Below are positions 29,081 to 39,160 of a stretch of DNA of 64,000 nucleotides, in pieces (the first letter of the stretch is position 1; each line of letters starts with the position of its first letter). The notes under the pieces are model-generated. The model worked only from the letters and a program-made list of their open reading frames with translations, ran no database searches and was not told where the DNA came from. The DNA comes from an uncultured delta proteobacterium. Lineage in GTDB: Bacteria; Desulfobacterota; Desulfuromonadia; Geobacterales; Pseudopelobacteraceae. Position numbers and translations under genes: made by a program. Where the stretch lies: the NCBI GenBank assembly GCA_963772835.1, contig CAVYYZ010000011.1, positions 128,001 to 192,000 on the forward strand. The letters are read 5' to 3'.

Positions 29081-29505
29081 TTTTTGCAGGTCCCGGAGCC
29101 AGGTTTAACCTGACCATTGTGATTGTACTGGTTTCTCTCCTCTGTATAGCTGGGAGCGTCAGGCCCGTCAAAGTTGTCAGGGATCACGAGAGCGGTTTTA
29201 TCGTCTGGCTCTGGGCCTGGCAGAAATGCCGGGTCACGTTTGTCAATTCTGTTACTCACCTGCCGGTGGATATGAGTTTCGGCGTCCCCTGGTCGTTTTC
29301 AGGATTTTCCGCCCTGACAGACGCCGGTACCGAGGAGTATTACACGGCGGGGGGGTATTCCTGGAATGAACAATTAGCGAAGGAACATACCGGGTCTCTT
29401 AATTATTGCTCTGAGGTCGGAATGGATGTACGTCTTGCCGGGATGGTTTTTCACGAACAGGGAGGGTGTATCAGCCTCTCTCTTCTCTGGCCTCCCCGGA
29501 ATTGA
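29077..29505 (+). CDS. Small TAXI-TRAP-associated protein (DUF1850-like)
   Basis: N-terminal TM, FVNSV motif, position next to TAXI genes; GTGA overlap. Confidence 0.6.
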   Translation: MIFAGPGARFNLTIVIVLVSLLCIAGSVRPVKVVRDHESGFIVWLWAWQKCRVTFVNSVTHLPVDMSFGVPWSFSGFSALTDAGTEEYYTAGGYSWNEQLAKEHTGSLNYCSEVGMDVRLAGMVFHEQGGCISLSLLWPPRN

Positions 29506-29563
29506 GCTCCCGGGTGCTCCCCGGCTTCGCGTTGGTACTCAAACCGCGGAGAAAGGTGTCTGA

Positions 29564-30823
29564 GTGATGAATCTACCTAACGTCTTTTATGTGAAACAAA
29601 CATTTCCCCGTCCCCGGGTTATGGATATTCCCGCAGCAGCGCATGATGCGCTGGTTCAGCTTCGTTTGGATCAGAAGATCAGGGCCGGACAAAAAATAGG
29701 CATCACAGTCGGTAGTCGCGGTATTCAGAATCTGCTGCCCGTACTGCGGACGACAGTTGATTTCATCAGAGGACTTGGCTGCGAACCCTATCTGCTTGCC
29801 GCTATGGGCAGCCATGGCGGCGGGAGCGAGGCAGGCCAGAAAGGTGTGCTGGACAGCCTGGGAATAACTGAAGAGGCTCTGGGCGCACGAGTGCTGACCT
29901 GCGTCGACTGCCGCATCATTACCCATACACCGGGAGGCCTGCCGGTATTCATTGTTGAATCGGCGCTTATGATGGATGGCATTGTGGTTGTGAACCGTGT
30001 TAAAACCCATACGTCGTTTAAAGGCAGAGTTGAAAGCGGGCTGGTAAAAAAACTGGTTGTCGGTCTCGGTGGGCCGAAGGGGGCGCAACAGTTTCACGGT
30101 TTCGGGCCTGCCGAGTTGCCGCGCCTGCTCGTTGAGATCGGCGAAGCACTCCTTGAAAAACTGCCGGTTCTCGGCGGCCTCGGCATTGTGGAAAATGCGT
30201 ACGAAGAGACTGCTGTTATCAGGTGCATTGAAAGAGACTGCCTGATTGCGCAGGAGAGCGAGCTGCTCCGGTACTCCAAGGAACTCATGCCCTCATTGCC
30301 GGTTGATACTATTGATCTGCTGATTGTTCAGGAGATCGGTAAGAATTTCAGCGGCACCGGTATGGACACGAATATTATCGGCAGAGCACGTATCCATGGT
30401 GTCCCGGAGCCTGAAAAACCCTCTGTCAAAAGAATCGCGGTGCTTGACTTATCGGAGGAATCCCACGGAAATGCCACCGGGGTGGGAATGGCCGATTTCG
30501 TTACCCAAAAACTTGTGAACAGGATTGACCGGCCGGCCACGTACCTCAACTGTCTGACAAGTACTTTTGTGACACGTGCTGCGATTCCGATGTATTTTGA
30601 TACGGAAGAAAAGTTGATGGGCGCGGCGCTGTTCAGCCTTTTCAGTATTCCGCGGGAGACACTGCGCATCGTAATAATCCGGAATACCCTGTTTCTGCTG
30701 GAGTGCTTCGTTTCCGAAGCGCTGCTGCCAGAGCTTGAATCCAGGCCGGATATGATAATTGATACAGCCCCTCATGAATTGACATTCGACAGTAATGGCG
30801 CCCTGCAGCTGAAATTCCCATGA
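29564..30823 (+). CDS. Lactate racemase (LarA/DUF2088) domain protein
   Basis: GSRGI, AMGSHGG, NRVKTHTSF, ESGLVKKLVVGLG, GKNFSGTGMDTNIIGR. Confidence 0.8.
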   Translation: MMNLPNVFYVKQTFPRPRVMDIPAAAHDALVQLRLDQKIRAGQKIGITVGSRGIQNLLPVLRTTVDFIRGLGCEPYLLAAMGSHGGGSEAGQKGVLDSLGITEEALGARVLTCVDCRIITHTPGGLPVFIVESALMMDGIVVVNRVKTHTSFKGRVESGLVKKLVVGLGGPKGAQQFHGFGPAELPRLLVEIGEALLEKLPVLGGLGIVENAYEETAVIRCIERDCLIAQESELLRYSKELMPSLPVDTIDLLIVQEIGKNFSGTGMDTNIIGRARIHGVPEPEKPSVKRIAVLDLSEESHGNATGVGMADFVTQKLVNRIDRPATYLNCLTSTFVTRAAIPMYFDTEEKLMGAALFSLFSIPRETLRIVIIRNTLFLLECFVSEALLPELESRPDMIIDTAPHELTFDSNGALQLKFP

Positions 30824-30878
30824 CGGGGAACCGGGCGGGCTGGTGTACCCATGCGGACGATTATTGTAAAGGTGCATA

Positions 30879-32129
30879 ATGGCAATCCGCTGGAAAATAT
30901 TCTCCGTTCTCTCCTTCCTGTACGTAATGGCGCTCTTTTTCAGGGTTTCCATGGCCGTCGTGGCCCGGGACATTTCCGCCGACTTCAATCTGACGGCAAC
31001 CCGTTTAGGAACCCTGTCGAGCGTCTTTTTTATCGTGTACGCCCTTGCGCAGATTCCGCTCGGCATTCTGCTTGACCGCTTTGGAGGCAGGATTATCGTA
31101 AGCGTTCTGGGGTTTATGACTACGGCAGGTATTGTCCTGTTTGCCCTGGCACCCGGGTACCACGTTGCACTGGCCGGCAGGGTTCTGCTTGGAATCGGGA
31201 CTTCCTGTGTGCTGATGGGGTCTCTGAAAATATTCACCAACTGGTTTACTCAAAAGGAGTTTGCTATCATAGCCGGGTTCATTATGGCAATCGGCAACCT
31301 GGGAAATCTTTTAGCAACTGCCCCACTTGCCGCAGCTGTATCAGTTTTCGGATGGAGGAGTGCACTTCTTGTTGTGGCCCTCGCACAGATCGTCGCCACC
31401 GTCCTGGTATATGCCGTCGCCGCCGACACTCCTGTTCAGAACACACCAGGGAACTCAGGCCCGGAGTGTGACGTGCCTGTTGCATCTTCCGCGCTTGGCG
31501 GGTTGCGTTCTGTTTTAGGATATCCATCATTCTGGCTGCTTGGGATCCTCGGTTTTTGCTACTACGGGAATTTCATGCTGGTACAAAGCCTGTGGGGCGG
31601 TCCCTATCTCATGGACGTTTTCAATGCAAGCAGATCCGTGGCGGGAAGCGTTTTGTTCTGTTCAGCCGGTGGTTTCATTACCGGGTGTCTCTGCATCGGG
31701 AAAATTTCGACCCATCTGCTCAAATCCCGTAAAAAAACATTGCTGATCGGCCAGGGCATGACACTTGCCCTCCTGTTGCTCCTTCTCGGTCCGGCCGAAC
31801 ACCTTTCTCCTGCGGCACTGAAGTTGTTGTTCTTCGCCCTCGGTATCAGCGCGTCATCCGGAATATCCATCTATCCCATGGTCCGGGAAATGTTCCCGCA
31901 TTCAATTGCAGGTACGGCCCTGAGCACGCTTAACTTCTTTGTGGTATCGGGGGTTGCTGTCATTCAGCTGCTTGTCGGCATCATTCTTGACCGGTTTCCG
32001 CATGTGTCAGGCAGCTATTCTGCCGCGGCATATCACCACGCCTTTCTCTACCCGTTTTGCGGGCTTGCCGGTGCCATTCTGCTATTTGCCTGTGCCAAAG
32101 ACACTCTGATTGCGGAAGGAGGGAGGTAA
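30879..32129 (+). CDS. MFS transporter
   Basis: 12-TM pattern, QIPLGILLDRFGGR motif A, GRVLLGIG. Confidence 0.9.
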   Translation: MAIRWKIFSVLSFLYVMALFFRVSMAVVARDISADFNLTATRLGTLSSVFFIVYALAQIPLGILLDRFGGRIIVSVLGFMTTAGIVLFALAPGYHVALAGRVLLGIGTSCVLMGSLKIFTNWFTQKEFAIIAGFIMAIGNLGNLLATAPLAAAVSVFGWRSALLVVALAQIVATVLVYAVAADTPVQNTPGNSGPECDVPVASSALGGLRSVLGYPSFWLLGILGFCYYGNFMLVQSLWGGPYLMDVFNASRSVAGSVLFCSAGGFITGCLCIGKISTHLLKSRKKTLLIGQGMTLALLLLLLGPAEHLSPAALKLLFFALGISASSGISIYPMVREMFPHSIAGTALSTLNFFVVSGVAVIQLLVGIILDRFPHVSGSYSAAAYHHAFLYPFCGLAGAILLFACAKDTLIAEGGR

Positions 32130-32177
32130 CGGTATGCCGGTTCCCGACCATGGACATCAGGCGACAGGCCGACAGCG

Positions 32178-34028
32178 ATGACGAGACCACGAACCGGCAT
32201 CACTGTAGTGCGAAACAATCAGGTCAGGCGGGTATTGCAGGTCGGGGCTGCTCTCATTGTCTGTCTGATAGTCGGCTGGGTGACCCGGCAGGCGTTGTTG
32301 TCGAGCGGTCTCAAGTCGTTGCAGAAGCTGAGCGGGCAGCATATGGAGTTTTACCGTCTGAGCCTTGAATCCCTGCTGACAAGGAATGAATCACTGCCGC
32401 GACTCGTCGCGCAGGAGGAAAAGCTCGGTAAACTCCTGCTGCACCCGGACGATATCTCACTGCAGCAGGGTGCAAACCGTTATCTCCGGGATGTTCAGGG
32501 AATTTCCGATATTGCGGCGGCCTATCTGATGAATGCAGACGGTCTGACCGTCGCAGCGAGCAATTTTGGACAACCGATGTCGTTTGTGGGCAAAAATTAC
32601 GGCTACCGCCCCTATTTTCGTGACGCGATGCATGGCCGGCTCGGGCGTTTTTTCGGCATCGGCATGACAACCGGTCAGCCGGGCTATTTTCTGGCGGCTC
32701 CTGTCGAGGTGCATGGGAAGAAGGTGGGTGTTTCCGCAATAAAGGTCAGTCTTGACAGTTTCGATGCGGCACTCCTCAAGAGTGGCGAGATCGTCCTGGT
32801 CACCGACTCATCCGGAGTGATTTTTCTTACTTCGGTGAAGGAATGGCGATACCGGACGCTGACTCAGCTCGGCAAGGATGCCACCGAACAGCTCCGTACC
32901 ACCCGTAAGTACAACAATCTCAACCTTGTGCCGCTGGAGACAAGTCTTAAGCTCCAGGACGGTATCTCCTTGACAAAAATCGTCCTGCCGCATGACCAGG
33001 CGCACGATTATCTTGTACGTTCCGAAACGGTCGGGCACCTGGGGTGGAACATGGTACTGCTGACCAACACGCAGCAGGAACGCCAGAATGCTTTGCTGGC
33101 CGGCGGGGCAGCCATGCTTGCAACGGCCCTCCTGTTTTTTTTAGTCACCTATTTTCAGCTGAACGCCCGGCGATACAGGGAGAGGCGCCAGAGTGAAGCA
33201 TTGCTGCGCCAGGCTCATCAGGAACTTGAGGAGCGCATTACCGCCCGGACCGCGGAGCTTGTCAACACGAATATGTCCCTGGAGGAAAAGGTTGCGACGC
33301 TGAAAACAACCGAAGGCATCCTCCGCGAGACCCGTGACAACGCAGTCCAGGCGGGTAAACTCACCGTGCTCGGTCAGATGGCGGCCGGAATAACCCACGA
33401 GATAAACCAGCCCCTGACCGCCCTGCATACGTTTACGGATAATGCCGTTAGTCTGTTGGACCGCGGACGGCTGGACGATGTGCGGGAAAACCTCGGCCTG
33501 ATAAGGCAGATGGCCGACCGTATGGGGCGCATCGTGACCGAAATCAAGACATTCGCCCGCAAGTCGCCGGCAGAGCTGCAGATTGTCCGGGTTGCCGATG
33601 CAATCAACCAGGCCGTCATGCTCGTTGAACAGAGACGGCGCCAGCTCAACGCTCAGATCACCATAGAGCCGTTTTCCGAAGATACACAGGTCCTGGCCGA
33701 CTCGATACGCTTTGAGCAGGTGCTGGTAAACCTGTTGCGCAACGGACTCGATGCGGTGTCGGATACACCGGAAAAGTGTGTCACCGTTTCGGTTGCCCAT
33801 CATGCTCCTGAAGTCCATATTGTTGTACGCGATACCGGACCGGGGATTTCCGGGTCGGTTCTGTCACGGCTTTTCGAACCGTTCTTTACAACAAAATCCG
33901 CCGGAAAAGGCCTCGGTCTGGGGCTGGCCATATCCCGCATGATTGTTGCTGATTTCGGGGGGAGACTCTCTGCCGGCAATCAGCAGAGCGGCGGGGCAGA
34001 ATTTACGATTGTGCTGGAGGAAGCATGA
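32178..34028 (+). CDS. dctB: DctB-type sensor histidine kinase
   Basis: AASN...SFVGKNYGYRPYF, GMTTGQPGYF, LGQMAAGITHEINQPL, FEPFFTTK, GLGLGL. Confidence 0.85.
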   Translation: MTRPRTGITVVRNNQVRRVLQVGAALIVCLIVGWVTRQALLSSGLKSLQKLSGQHMEFYRLSLESLLTRNESLPRLVAQEEKLGKLLLHPDDISLQQGANRYLRDVQGISDIAAAYLMNADGLTVAASNFGQPMSFVGKNYGYRPYFRDAMHGRLGRFFGIGMTTGQPGYFLAAPVEVHGKKVGVSAIKVSLDSFDAALLKSGEIVLVTDSSGVIFLTSVKEWRYRTLTQLGKDATEQLRTTRKYNNLNLVPLETSLKLQDGISLTKIVLPHDQAHDYLVRSETVGHLGWNMVLLTNTQQERQNALLAGGAAMLATALLFFLVTYFQLNARRYRERRQSEALLRQAHQELEERITARTAELVNTNMSLEEKVATLKTTEGILRETRDNAVQAGKLTVLGQMAAGITHEINQPLTALHTFTDNAVSLLDRGRLDDVRENLGLIRQMADRMGRIVTEIKTFARKSPAELQIVRVADAINQAVMLVEQRRRQLNAQITIEPFSEDTQVLADSIRFEQVLVNLLRNGLDAVSDTPEKCVTVSVAHHAPEVHIVVRDTGPGISGSVLSRLFEPFFTTKSAGKGLGLGLAISRMIVADFGGRLSAGNQQSGGAEFTIVLEEA

Positions 34029-35371
34029 AAATACATGGACACGTTGTTTCCCGCGACGATCTCCTGGTGTACCTGATTGAAGACGATGATGCGGTCCGAT
34101 TCGGCTGTGAACAGGCCATGAATCTGGCTGACCTTGCCGTACGCCCGTTCCGCACCGCCGAAAGCGCACTGGACGCACTGCAGGACGACCCGCCTGCCGT
34201 CGTGGTCAGCGATGTGCGGCTCCCCGGAATGTCCGGACTCCAGCTCCTTGATGAACTTCAGAAACGGGAGCGTGACATACCGGTAATCCTGATCACCGGA
34301 CATGGTGATGTGTCCATGGCGGTTCAGGCAATGCGGGACAATGCCTACGATTTTATCGAAAAGCCGTTTCACTCGGAACGTCTGATCGATGTTGTCCGTC
34401 GTGCGCTTGAAAAACGTACGCTGCTGCTCGAAATCCGCAGACTGCACGGGCAGCTTGGAGACGCGGGGGTGATGCCGCTGATCGGCCATGCGGATTCCAT
34501 CCAGAAAGTGCGCAGATCTATATCCGCCCTTGCACCCACCGATGTTGATGTGTTGATTCTCGGTGAAACAGGGACAGGAAAAGAGGTTGTCGCGCATGCT
34601 CTCCATGCCCAGAGCGGCCGCACGGGGCCGTTCGTTGCGTTGAACTGCGGGGCATTGCCCGAGTCGGTGTTCGAGAGTGAGATGTTCGGGCATGAGGCCG
34701 GGTCATTCACCGGAGCGGTCAGACGCCGCATAGGAAAGATCGAATATGCCAACGGCGGGACATTGTTTCTCGATGAAATTGAATCCATGCCGCTCGCGCT
34801 GCAGGTCAAGCTGCTGCGGGTGCTGCAGGAACGCCGTGTAGAGCGCCTCGGCAGCAACACATCCATCGCGGCTGACTGCCGGATTGTGGCAGCAAGTAAG
34901 GTTGACCTGAAGATACTCTCAGACCAGGGCGGGTTTCGTGCCGACCTCTATTACCGCCTGAATGTCGTCTCCATAGAACTGCCGCCGCTCAGACAGCGCC
35001 CCGGTGATATCGCCCCGTTAATGGCCTACTTCCTCGCCCAGGCATGCAGCCGTTTTCACCGGGATGCGCCACGGTGGTGTGAAACGGATTTGATCCGGTG
35101 GCAGCAGCACGATTGGCCGGGCAATGTCCGTGAACTGAAAACGGTTGCAGAGCGGCTCTGTCTCGGTGTAGACGACGGTCTGGAACCTGCCAGGAATACA
35201 TCGGTTTCACTGGTGACACAGCTTGAAGTCTTTGAGCGGGGGTTGATCAGAGACGCATTGCGCAGTGTGAAGGGATGTGTGGCCGAAGCCGCCAATCTTC
35301 TGCATATCCCCAGGAAGACGCTGTATGACAAGGTGAACCGCCATGGTCTGGAACCTGATAATTTCCGGTGA
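34025..35371 (+). CDS. dctD: DctD-type sigma-54 response regulator
   Basis: REC domain, GETGTGKE, FESEMFGHEAGSFTGA, WPGNVREL, HTH PRKTLYDK. Confidence 0.88.
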   Translation: MKIHGHVVSRDDLLVYLIEDDDAVRFGCEQAMNLADLAVRPFRTAESALDALQDDPPAVVVSDVRLPGMSGLQLLDELQKRERDIPVILITGHGDVSMAVQAMRDNAYDFIEKPFHSERLIDVVRRALEKRTLLLEIRRLHGQLGDAGVMPLIGHADSIQKVRRSISALAPTDVDVLILGETGTGKEVVAHALHAQSGRTGPFVALNCGALPESVFESEMFGHEAGSFTGAVRRRIGKIEYANGGTLFLDEIESMPLALQVKLLRVLQERRVERLGSNTSIAADCRIVAASKVDLKILSDQGGFRADLYYRLNVVSIELPPLRQRPGDIAPLMAYFLAQACSRFHRDAPRWCETDLIRWQQHDWPGNVRELKTVAERLCLGVDDGLEPARNTSVSLVTQLEVFERGLIRDALRSVKGCVAEAANLLHIPRKTLYDKVNRHGLEPDNFR

Positions 35372-35449
35372 CAATCAGAAACGGGAGAGCCGTACCGGCC
35401 CGTCCGGGAGCCGCGCGGCAGTATGTTTCTGAACTGAAAGGATGATGAC

Positions 35450-36235
35450 ATGGACTTTGGATTGACAGGAAAAACCGCATTGGCACTTGGCGGCGGAGGC
35501 GGCATCGGCCGCGCCGTTGCAACAACGCTCGCCCGTGAAGGTGCCAGGGTTGTCGTCGGCGACCTGAACCGGGAAGCGCTTGATCAAACGGTGAAAGAGA
35601 TCCGTGAAGTGGGCGGGCAGGCTCTGCCGCTGTTGTGGGATCTGGGAGACATCGCTTCCATTGACGGACATGTAACCGCCATAGAAAAAGTGTTCGGCCG
35701 GGTTGACATTCTGTTCAACAACACCGGTGGACCGCCGCCGACACCGGCTTCCGGTCAGGATCCGGCACAGTGGGCGAAATTTTTCCAATCAATGGTGCTT
35801 TCAGTTATCGCAATCACCGACAGGGTTCTTCCGGGGATGAGAGAGCAGAAATGGGGAAGGATCATTACCAGCGCATCATCGGGTGTAATAGCCCCCATTC
35901 CCAATCTGGGGATGTCAAATGCCCTGCGCATGTCTCTGGTCGGATGGTCAAAAACTCTGGCACGGGAAGTGGCACGTGACGGCATTACGGCTAATATCAT
36001 TCTGCCCGGTCGTATCGGGACTGCGCGGATCAATTTTCTGGACGAACAGAAAGCCGGACGCGAAAACAGGAGCGTTGAGGAGGTCGCCGCCGAAAGTACG
36101 GCGTCCATCCCGGCCGGCCGCTACGGGACACCGCAGGAATACGCGAATGTCGCTGCATTCCTTGCCAGTACGGCGTCTTCCTACCTGACCGGTTCAACAA
36201 TCCGGGTGGATGGCGGATATATCGCTTCAGTTTGA
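35450..36235 (+). CDS. SDR family oxidoreductase
   Basis: GGGGGIG, NNTGGPP, WGRII, SNALR (atypical, no YxxxK), VDGG. Confidence 0.88.
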   Translation: MDFGLTGKTALALGGGGGIGRAVATTLAREGARVVVGDLNREALDQTVKEIREVGGQALPLLWDLGDIASIDGHVTAIEKVFGRVDILFNNTGGPPPTPASGQDPAQWAKFFQSMVLSVIAITDRVLPGMREQKWGRIITSASSGVIAPIPNLGMSNALRMSLVGWSKTLAREVARDGITANIILPGRIGTARINFLDEQKAGRENRSVEEVAAESTASIPAGRYGTPQEYANVAAFLASTASSYLTGSTIRVDGGYIASV

Positions 36236-36266
36236 GAACAATTACAAGCGTATAAAGGAGAATGAC

Positions 36267-37274
36267 ATGTCAATACTGGATGTGAACGCCAGGGGCGTCT
36301 TTATTATCGCGGTAACGCCGTTCACCGCTGACGGTTCATTGGATCTGGCAAGTACGGACCGCATGGTTGATTCGTATATCGAGTCAGGGGTGACCGGGAT
36401 TACAATTCTCGGCATAATGGGCGAGGCGACAAAACTTACCGCCGAAGAATCCAGGACGTTTGCACAACGGGTGATACAGCGGGTCGGCGGGAGAGTCCCG
36501 GTCGTCGTCGGCGCTTCCTCACCGGGCTTTGCGCCGATGCGCGAACTTACTACCAGTGTCATGAATATGGGGGCTGCGGGCGTTATGGTGGCCCCCCCCT
36601 CGACTCTGAGAACCGATGATCAGATCTGCAGTTATTTTGAGATGGTCGGTGAAACGCTCGGCTCCTCCGTCCCGTTCGTACTTCAGGACCATCCGGTGTC
36701 AACCGGTGTGCAGATGACCACTTCGGTTATCCTGCGCATTATCAAAACGGTTGAAAACTGCGTCATGCTCAAACATGAAGACTGCCCCGGTCTGGCGAAA
36801 CTGTCGGCGATCCGCGCCTCCAGCCTGCGCGGTGAAACACGTCGTGTTTCGATTCTAACCGGAAACGGCGGTGGTCTTTTCCTGGCTGAAGAGCTTACGC
36901 GGGGTGCCGACGGTGCCATGACCGGCTTTGCGTATCCGGAAATGATGGTGGATGTCTGCCGTGCCCATGCCGGCGGCGATGTAGCGAGAGCCCACGACAT
37001 TTTTGACGCATATCTCCCGCTTGCCCGGTATGAACAGCAGCCGGGCATCGGTCTTGCGGTCCGAAAATACATTCTTGCCAAGCGGGGTATGATCGCTTCG
37101 GCGTCCATTCGAAAGCCCGGACCGAAACTGTCAAGTGAGGATATTGCGGATATTGAACTCCTTATTGAACGACAAACGAGAAGGCTCACCGAAATCGGTG
37201 CGTCTTTCTCTGACCGCTCTGCTGCCGGGGTGGTAACGCCGTCACCCAAGACGGAACGGGATGGAAAACCATGA
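36267..37274 (+). CDS. Dihydrodipicolinate synthase (DHDPS/NAL) family aldolase/dehydratase
   Basis: VTPF, LGIMGE, MLKHED Schiff-base Lys, GADGAMTG; AAGGAG RBS before ATG 36267. Confidence 0.88.
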   Translation: MSILDVNARGVFIIAVTPFTADGSLDLASTDRMVDSYIESGVTGITILGIMGEATKLTAEESRTFAQRVIQRVGGRVPVVVGASSPGFAPMRELTTSVMNMGAAGVMVAPPSTLRTDDQICSYFEMVGETLGSSVPFVLQDHPVSTGVQMTTSVILRIIKTVENCVMLKHEDCPGLAKLSAIRASSLRGETRRVSILTGNGGGLFLAEELTRGADGAMTGFAYPEMMVDVCRAHAGGDVARAHDIFDAYLPLARYEQQPGIGLAVRKYILAKRGMIASASIRKPGPKLSSEDIADIELLIERQTRRLTEIGASFSDRSAAGVVTPSPKTERDGKP

Positions 37275-37939
37275 ATGATCTGCTGGACCGGTATGGTGCC
37301 CTGCTGGGTGAGGTGGACGACTGGTTTCTTCGCTGCCTTGACCGGCATCCGGACCTGATTGCCTGTCGCAACGGCTGTTCAGAATGCTGCCGCGGGCTTT
37401 TTGATGTTACCCTGCTGGATGCATTCTATCTCAAGCGCGGGTTTGACCGACTTCCCGAACCTCTGAAAACAGAGCTGCAGCGGGAATCCTTCCGGCGTCT
37501 GCAGCAGCTGTCCCTGGTGAATTCCGCATGTGTCGAACCGTGGCTGCTGAACGCTATTCCTGAGGAGGAGTGGGATGCACTCATGCCGGAAGAGGATGAG
37601 ACACCATGTCTGCTGCTGTCGGAAACCGGGGGGTGTCTGGTTTATGAACATCGCCCGATGACCTGTCGGCTGAATGGTATTCCGTTGATTGATGATTCCG
37701 GGGAAGAGCTGTTCGACGAGTGGTGTACGCTGAATTTTGTTGACGAGGACCCGCGGCGGCTGTCAGATCTGCGCTTCGGTTTTACGGATCTGTTTGCCCG
37801 TGAACTGCTGCTGTTTCAGGAACTGCTTCGCCTGCTGACCGGGAGTTCGCGCAATGAGGTCGATCTGTTTATACCTGCGGCAGTCGTATTGGAACGTGAA
37901 AAAATTGTCGCGGCACTTGATGGTTTGAAGGGTGAATAA
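37271..37939 (+). CDS. YkgJ-family Cys-cluster (Zn/Fe-chelating) protein
   Basis: CRNGCSECC, PCLLL, CLVYEHRPMTCR. Confidence 0.85.
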   Translation: MNDLLDRYGALLGEVDDWFLRCLDRHPDLIACRNGCSECCRGLFDVTLLDAFYLKRGFDRLPEPLKTELQRESFRRLQQLSLVNSACVEPWLLNAIPEEEWDALMPEEDETPCLLLSETGGCLVYEHRPMTCRLNGIPLIDDSGEELFDEWCTLNFVDEDPRRLSDLRFGFTDLFARELLLFQELLRLLTGSSRNEVDLFIPAAVVLEREKIVAALDGLKGE

Positions 37940-38019
37940 AGACAACCTTTTTTAAATTGTCAGTATGCATATCAAAAAATATCAAAAGTTATCGGAAGAT
38001 GAAGCTCCAAATGGGCAAA

Positions 38020-38095
38020 AACTCCATTTATCTCGAAATAGACTACCAGCAACTCACCGTCTGGCAGTCTATTTCCTGTATTATAAGATGGAGTT
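38020..38095. repeat. Long nested inverted repeat between convergent genes
   Basis: GAAATAGACTACCAG (38035-49) / CTGGCAGTCTATTTC (38061-75), 14/15 pairing; outer AACTCCAT/ATGGAGTT. Confidence 0.65.
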
Positions 38096-38137
38096 CCGCC
38101 TGTAAATGTAGGTTGAGTTAATATCTGCCCGGTTACG

Positions 38138-39127
38138 TTATGGTTTTGGTGCTTCCGGGGTCTGTTGAACGGGAGGCTGAATGCTCCCGCGTGCCCAGAG
38201 GTGTTTGCCGAATTTCCAATATCCCTGTACGTTGCAGAGACGGGCATCCTTGGCTGGATCAACGACAACCAGCTTTCCGCTGATCAGCGGTTGCAGGTAC
38301 TTCGCCAGCACCGCACCACCACCTCCGGTCAGCACGATGGTATCAATATCCCAGTCATCACTCCAGAGTCGGTCCGCTTCGCTGGCAATAGCCGTAGCCA
38401 AATGGCCGAATACCTGATCGGTAATTCCCTTCAGATCAAACTCTTTGCCCCGGATCTTAATGACTCCTTGATCAACAGCTTCATGCAGACGGTACAGCTC
38501 AACGCTGACATTGCTCTTTTCGCGCAGCTTATCGGCGATAATAGTGAACGCCTTGGAAATACCTGTGTCGGTCGTGCGGCTCCCGCGTTCTGAATAACGC
38601 ATTCGATCCGATACGGTAAAATCCGATGTTTTGAAGCCGATGTCAATGACGCCTGTTTTCTCATGAACATAGCGTTTTTCGCCCAATTCACCGACATCGT
38701 TCAGCATCAGGTTAAAGAGTGAGCCGAACGGTTGCGGAATCACTTTGACATTGCTGATCTTGATGGTTTTCTCTTCACGTTGCCCGTTGCCGTTGATTAG
38801 TATTACCTTGTGATCACCCTGAAGGAGTTTTACCATGCTGTCTTTATATTCCCGGTAGTAGCCGATTCCGTAGACAACGCCGCTATGGCGAACTTCGACA
38901 CAATCATTTGCTCTGATATTTCCGGTCATTTTGCCTCCGATGATACCGGATTTGACGGTGATATCTCCGATTACGCAGCCGGATTCACCGATGATCAAGC
39001 TTTCCGCCACAATATTCCCTTCGAAAGAGCCATCTACGCGGACCGTCCCGCTGGAGGATATCTCTCCCTTGACGCCTGACTTGTGACCTATGATGACTTC
39101 CATATCAGGCTCTTTCTTGCCGAACAT
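38138..39127 (-). CDS. Chimeric ORF: truncated bactofilin (aa 1-87) fused in frame to the C-terminal about 240 aa of a ParM/StbA/Mad28-type actin-like protein
   Basis: Bactofilin repeats IIG..VKGEI..VRVDGSFEGNI..LIIGESGCVIGDI; actin motifs IPQP, DIGFKTSD, LTGGGG, NVQGYWK. Confidence 0.75.
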   Translation of the reverse strand: MFGKKEPDMEVIIGHKSGVKGEISSSGTVRVDGSFEGNIVAESLIIGESGCVIGDITVKSGIIGGKMTGNIRANDCVEVRHSGVVYGIGYYREYKDSMVKLLQGDHKVILINGNGQREEKTIKISNVKVIPQPFGSLFNLMLNDVGELGEKRYVHEKTGVIDIGFKTSDFTVSDRMRYSERGSRTTDTGISKAFTIIADKLREKSNVSVELYRLHEAVDQGVIKIRGKEFDLKGITDQVFGHLATAIASEADRLWSDDWDIDTIVLTGGGGAVLAKYLQPLISGKLVVVDPAKDARLCNVQGYWKFGKHLWARGSIQPPVQQTPEAPKP

Positions 39128-39160
39128 GTGTGCCCCCTTTTTATTGAATAGCGTATCGGC

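Noticed and set aside
21380..37950. Integrative island at the guaA 3' end (a known integration hotspot)
   Set aside because: No integrase and no downstream repeat of the guaA 3' end was visible by eye; the accessory genes may still be horizontally acquired.
37972..38268. 98-aa minus-strand ORF downstream of the chimera
   Set aside because: It overlaps the actin-like C-terminus, has no recognisable motif, and the region is better explained by a hairpin.
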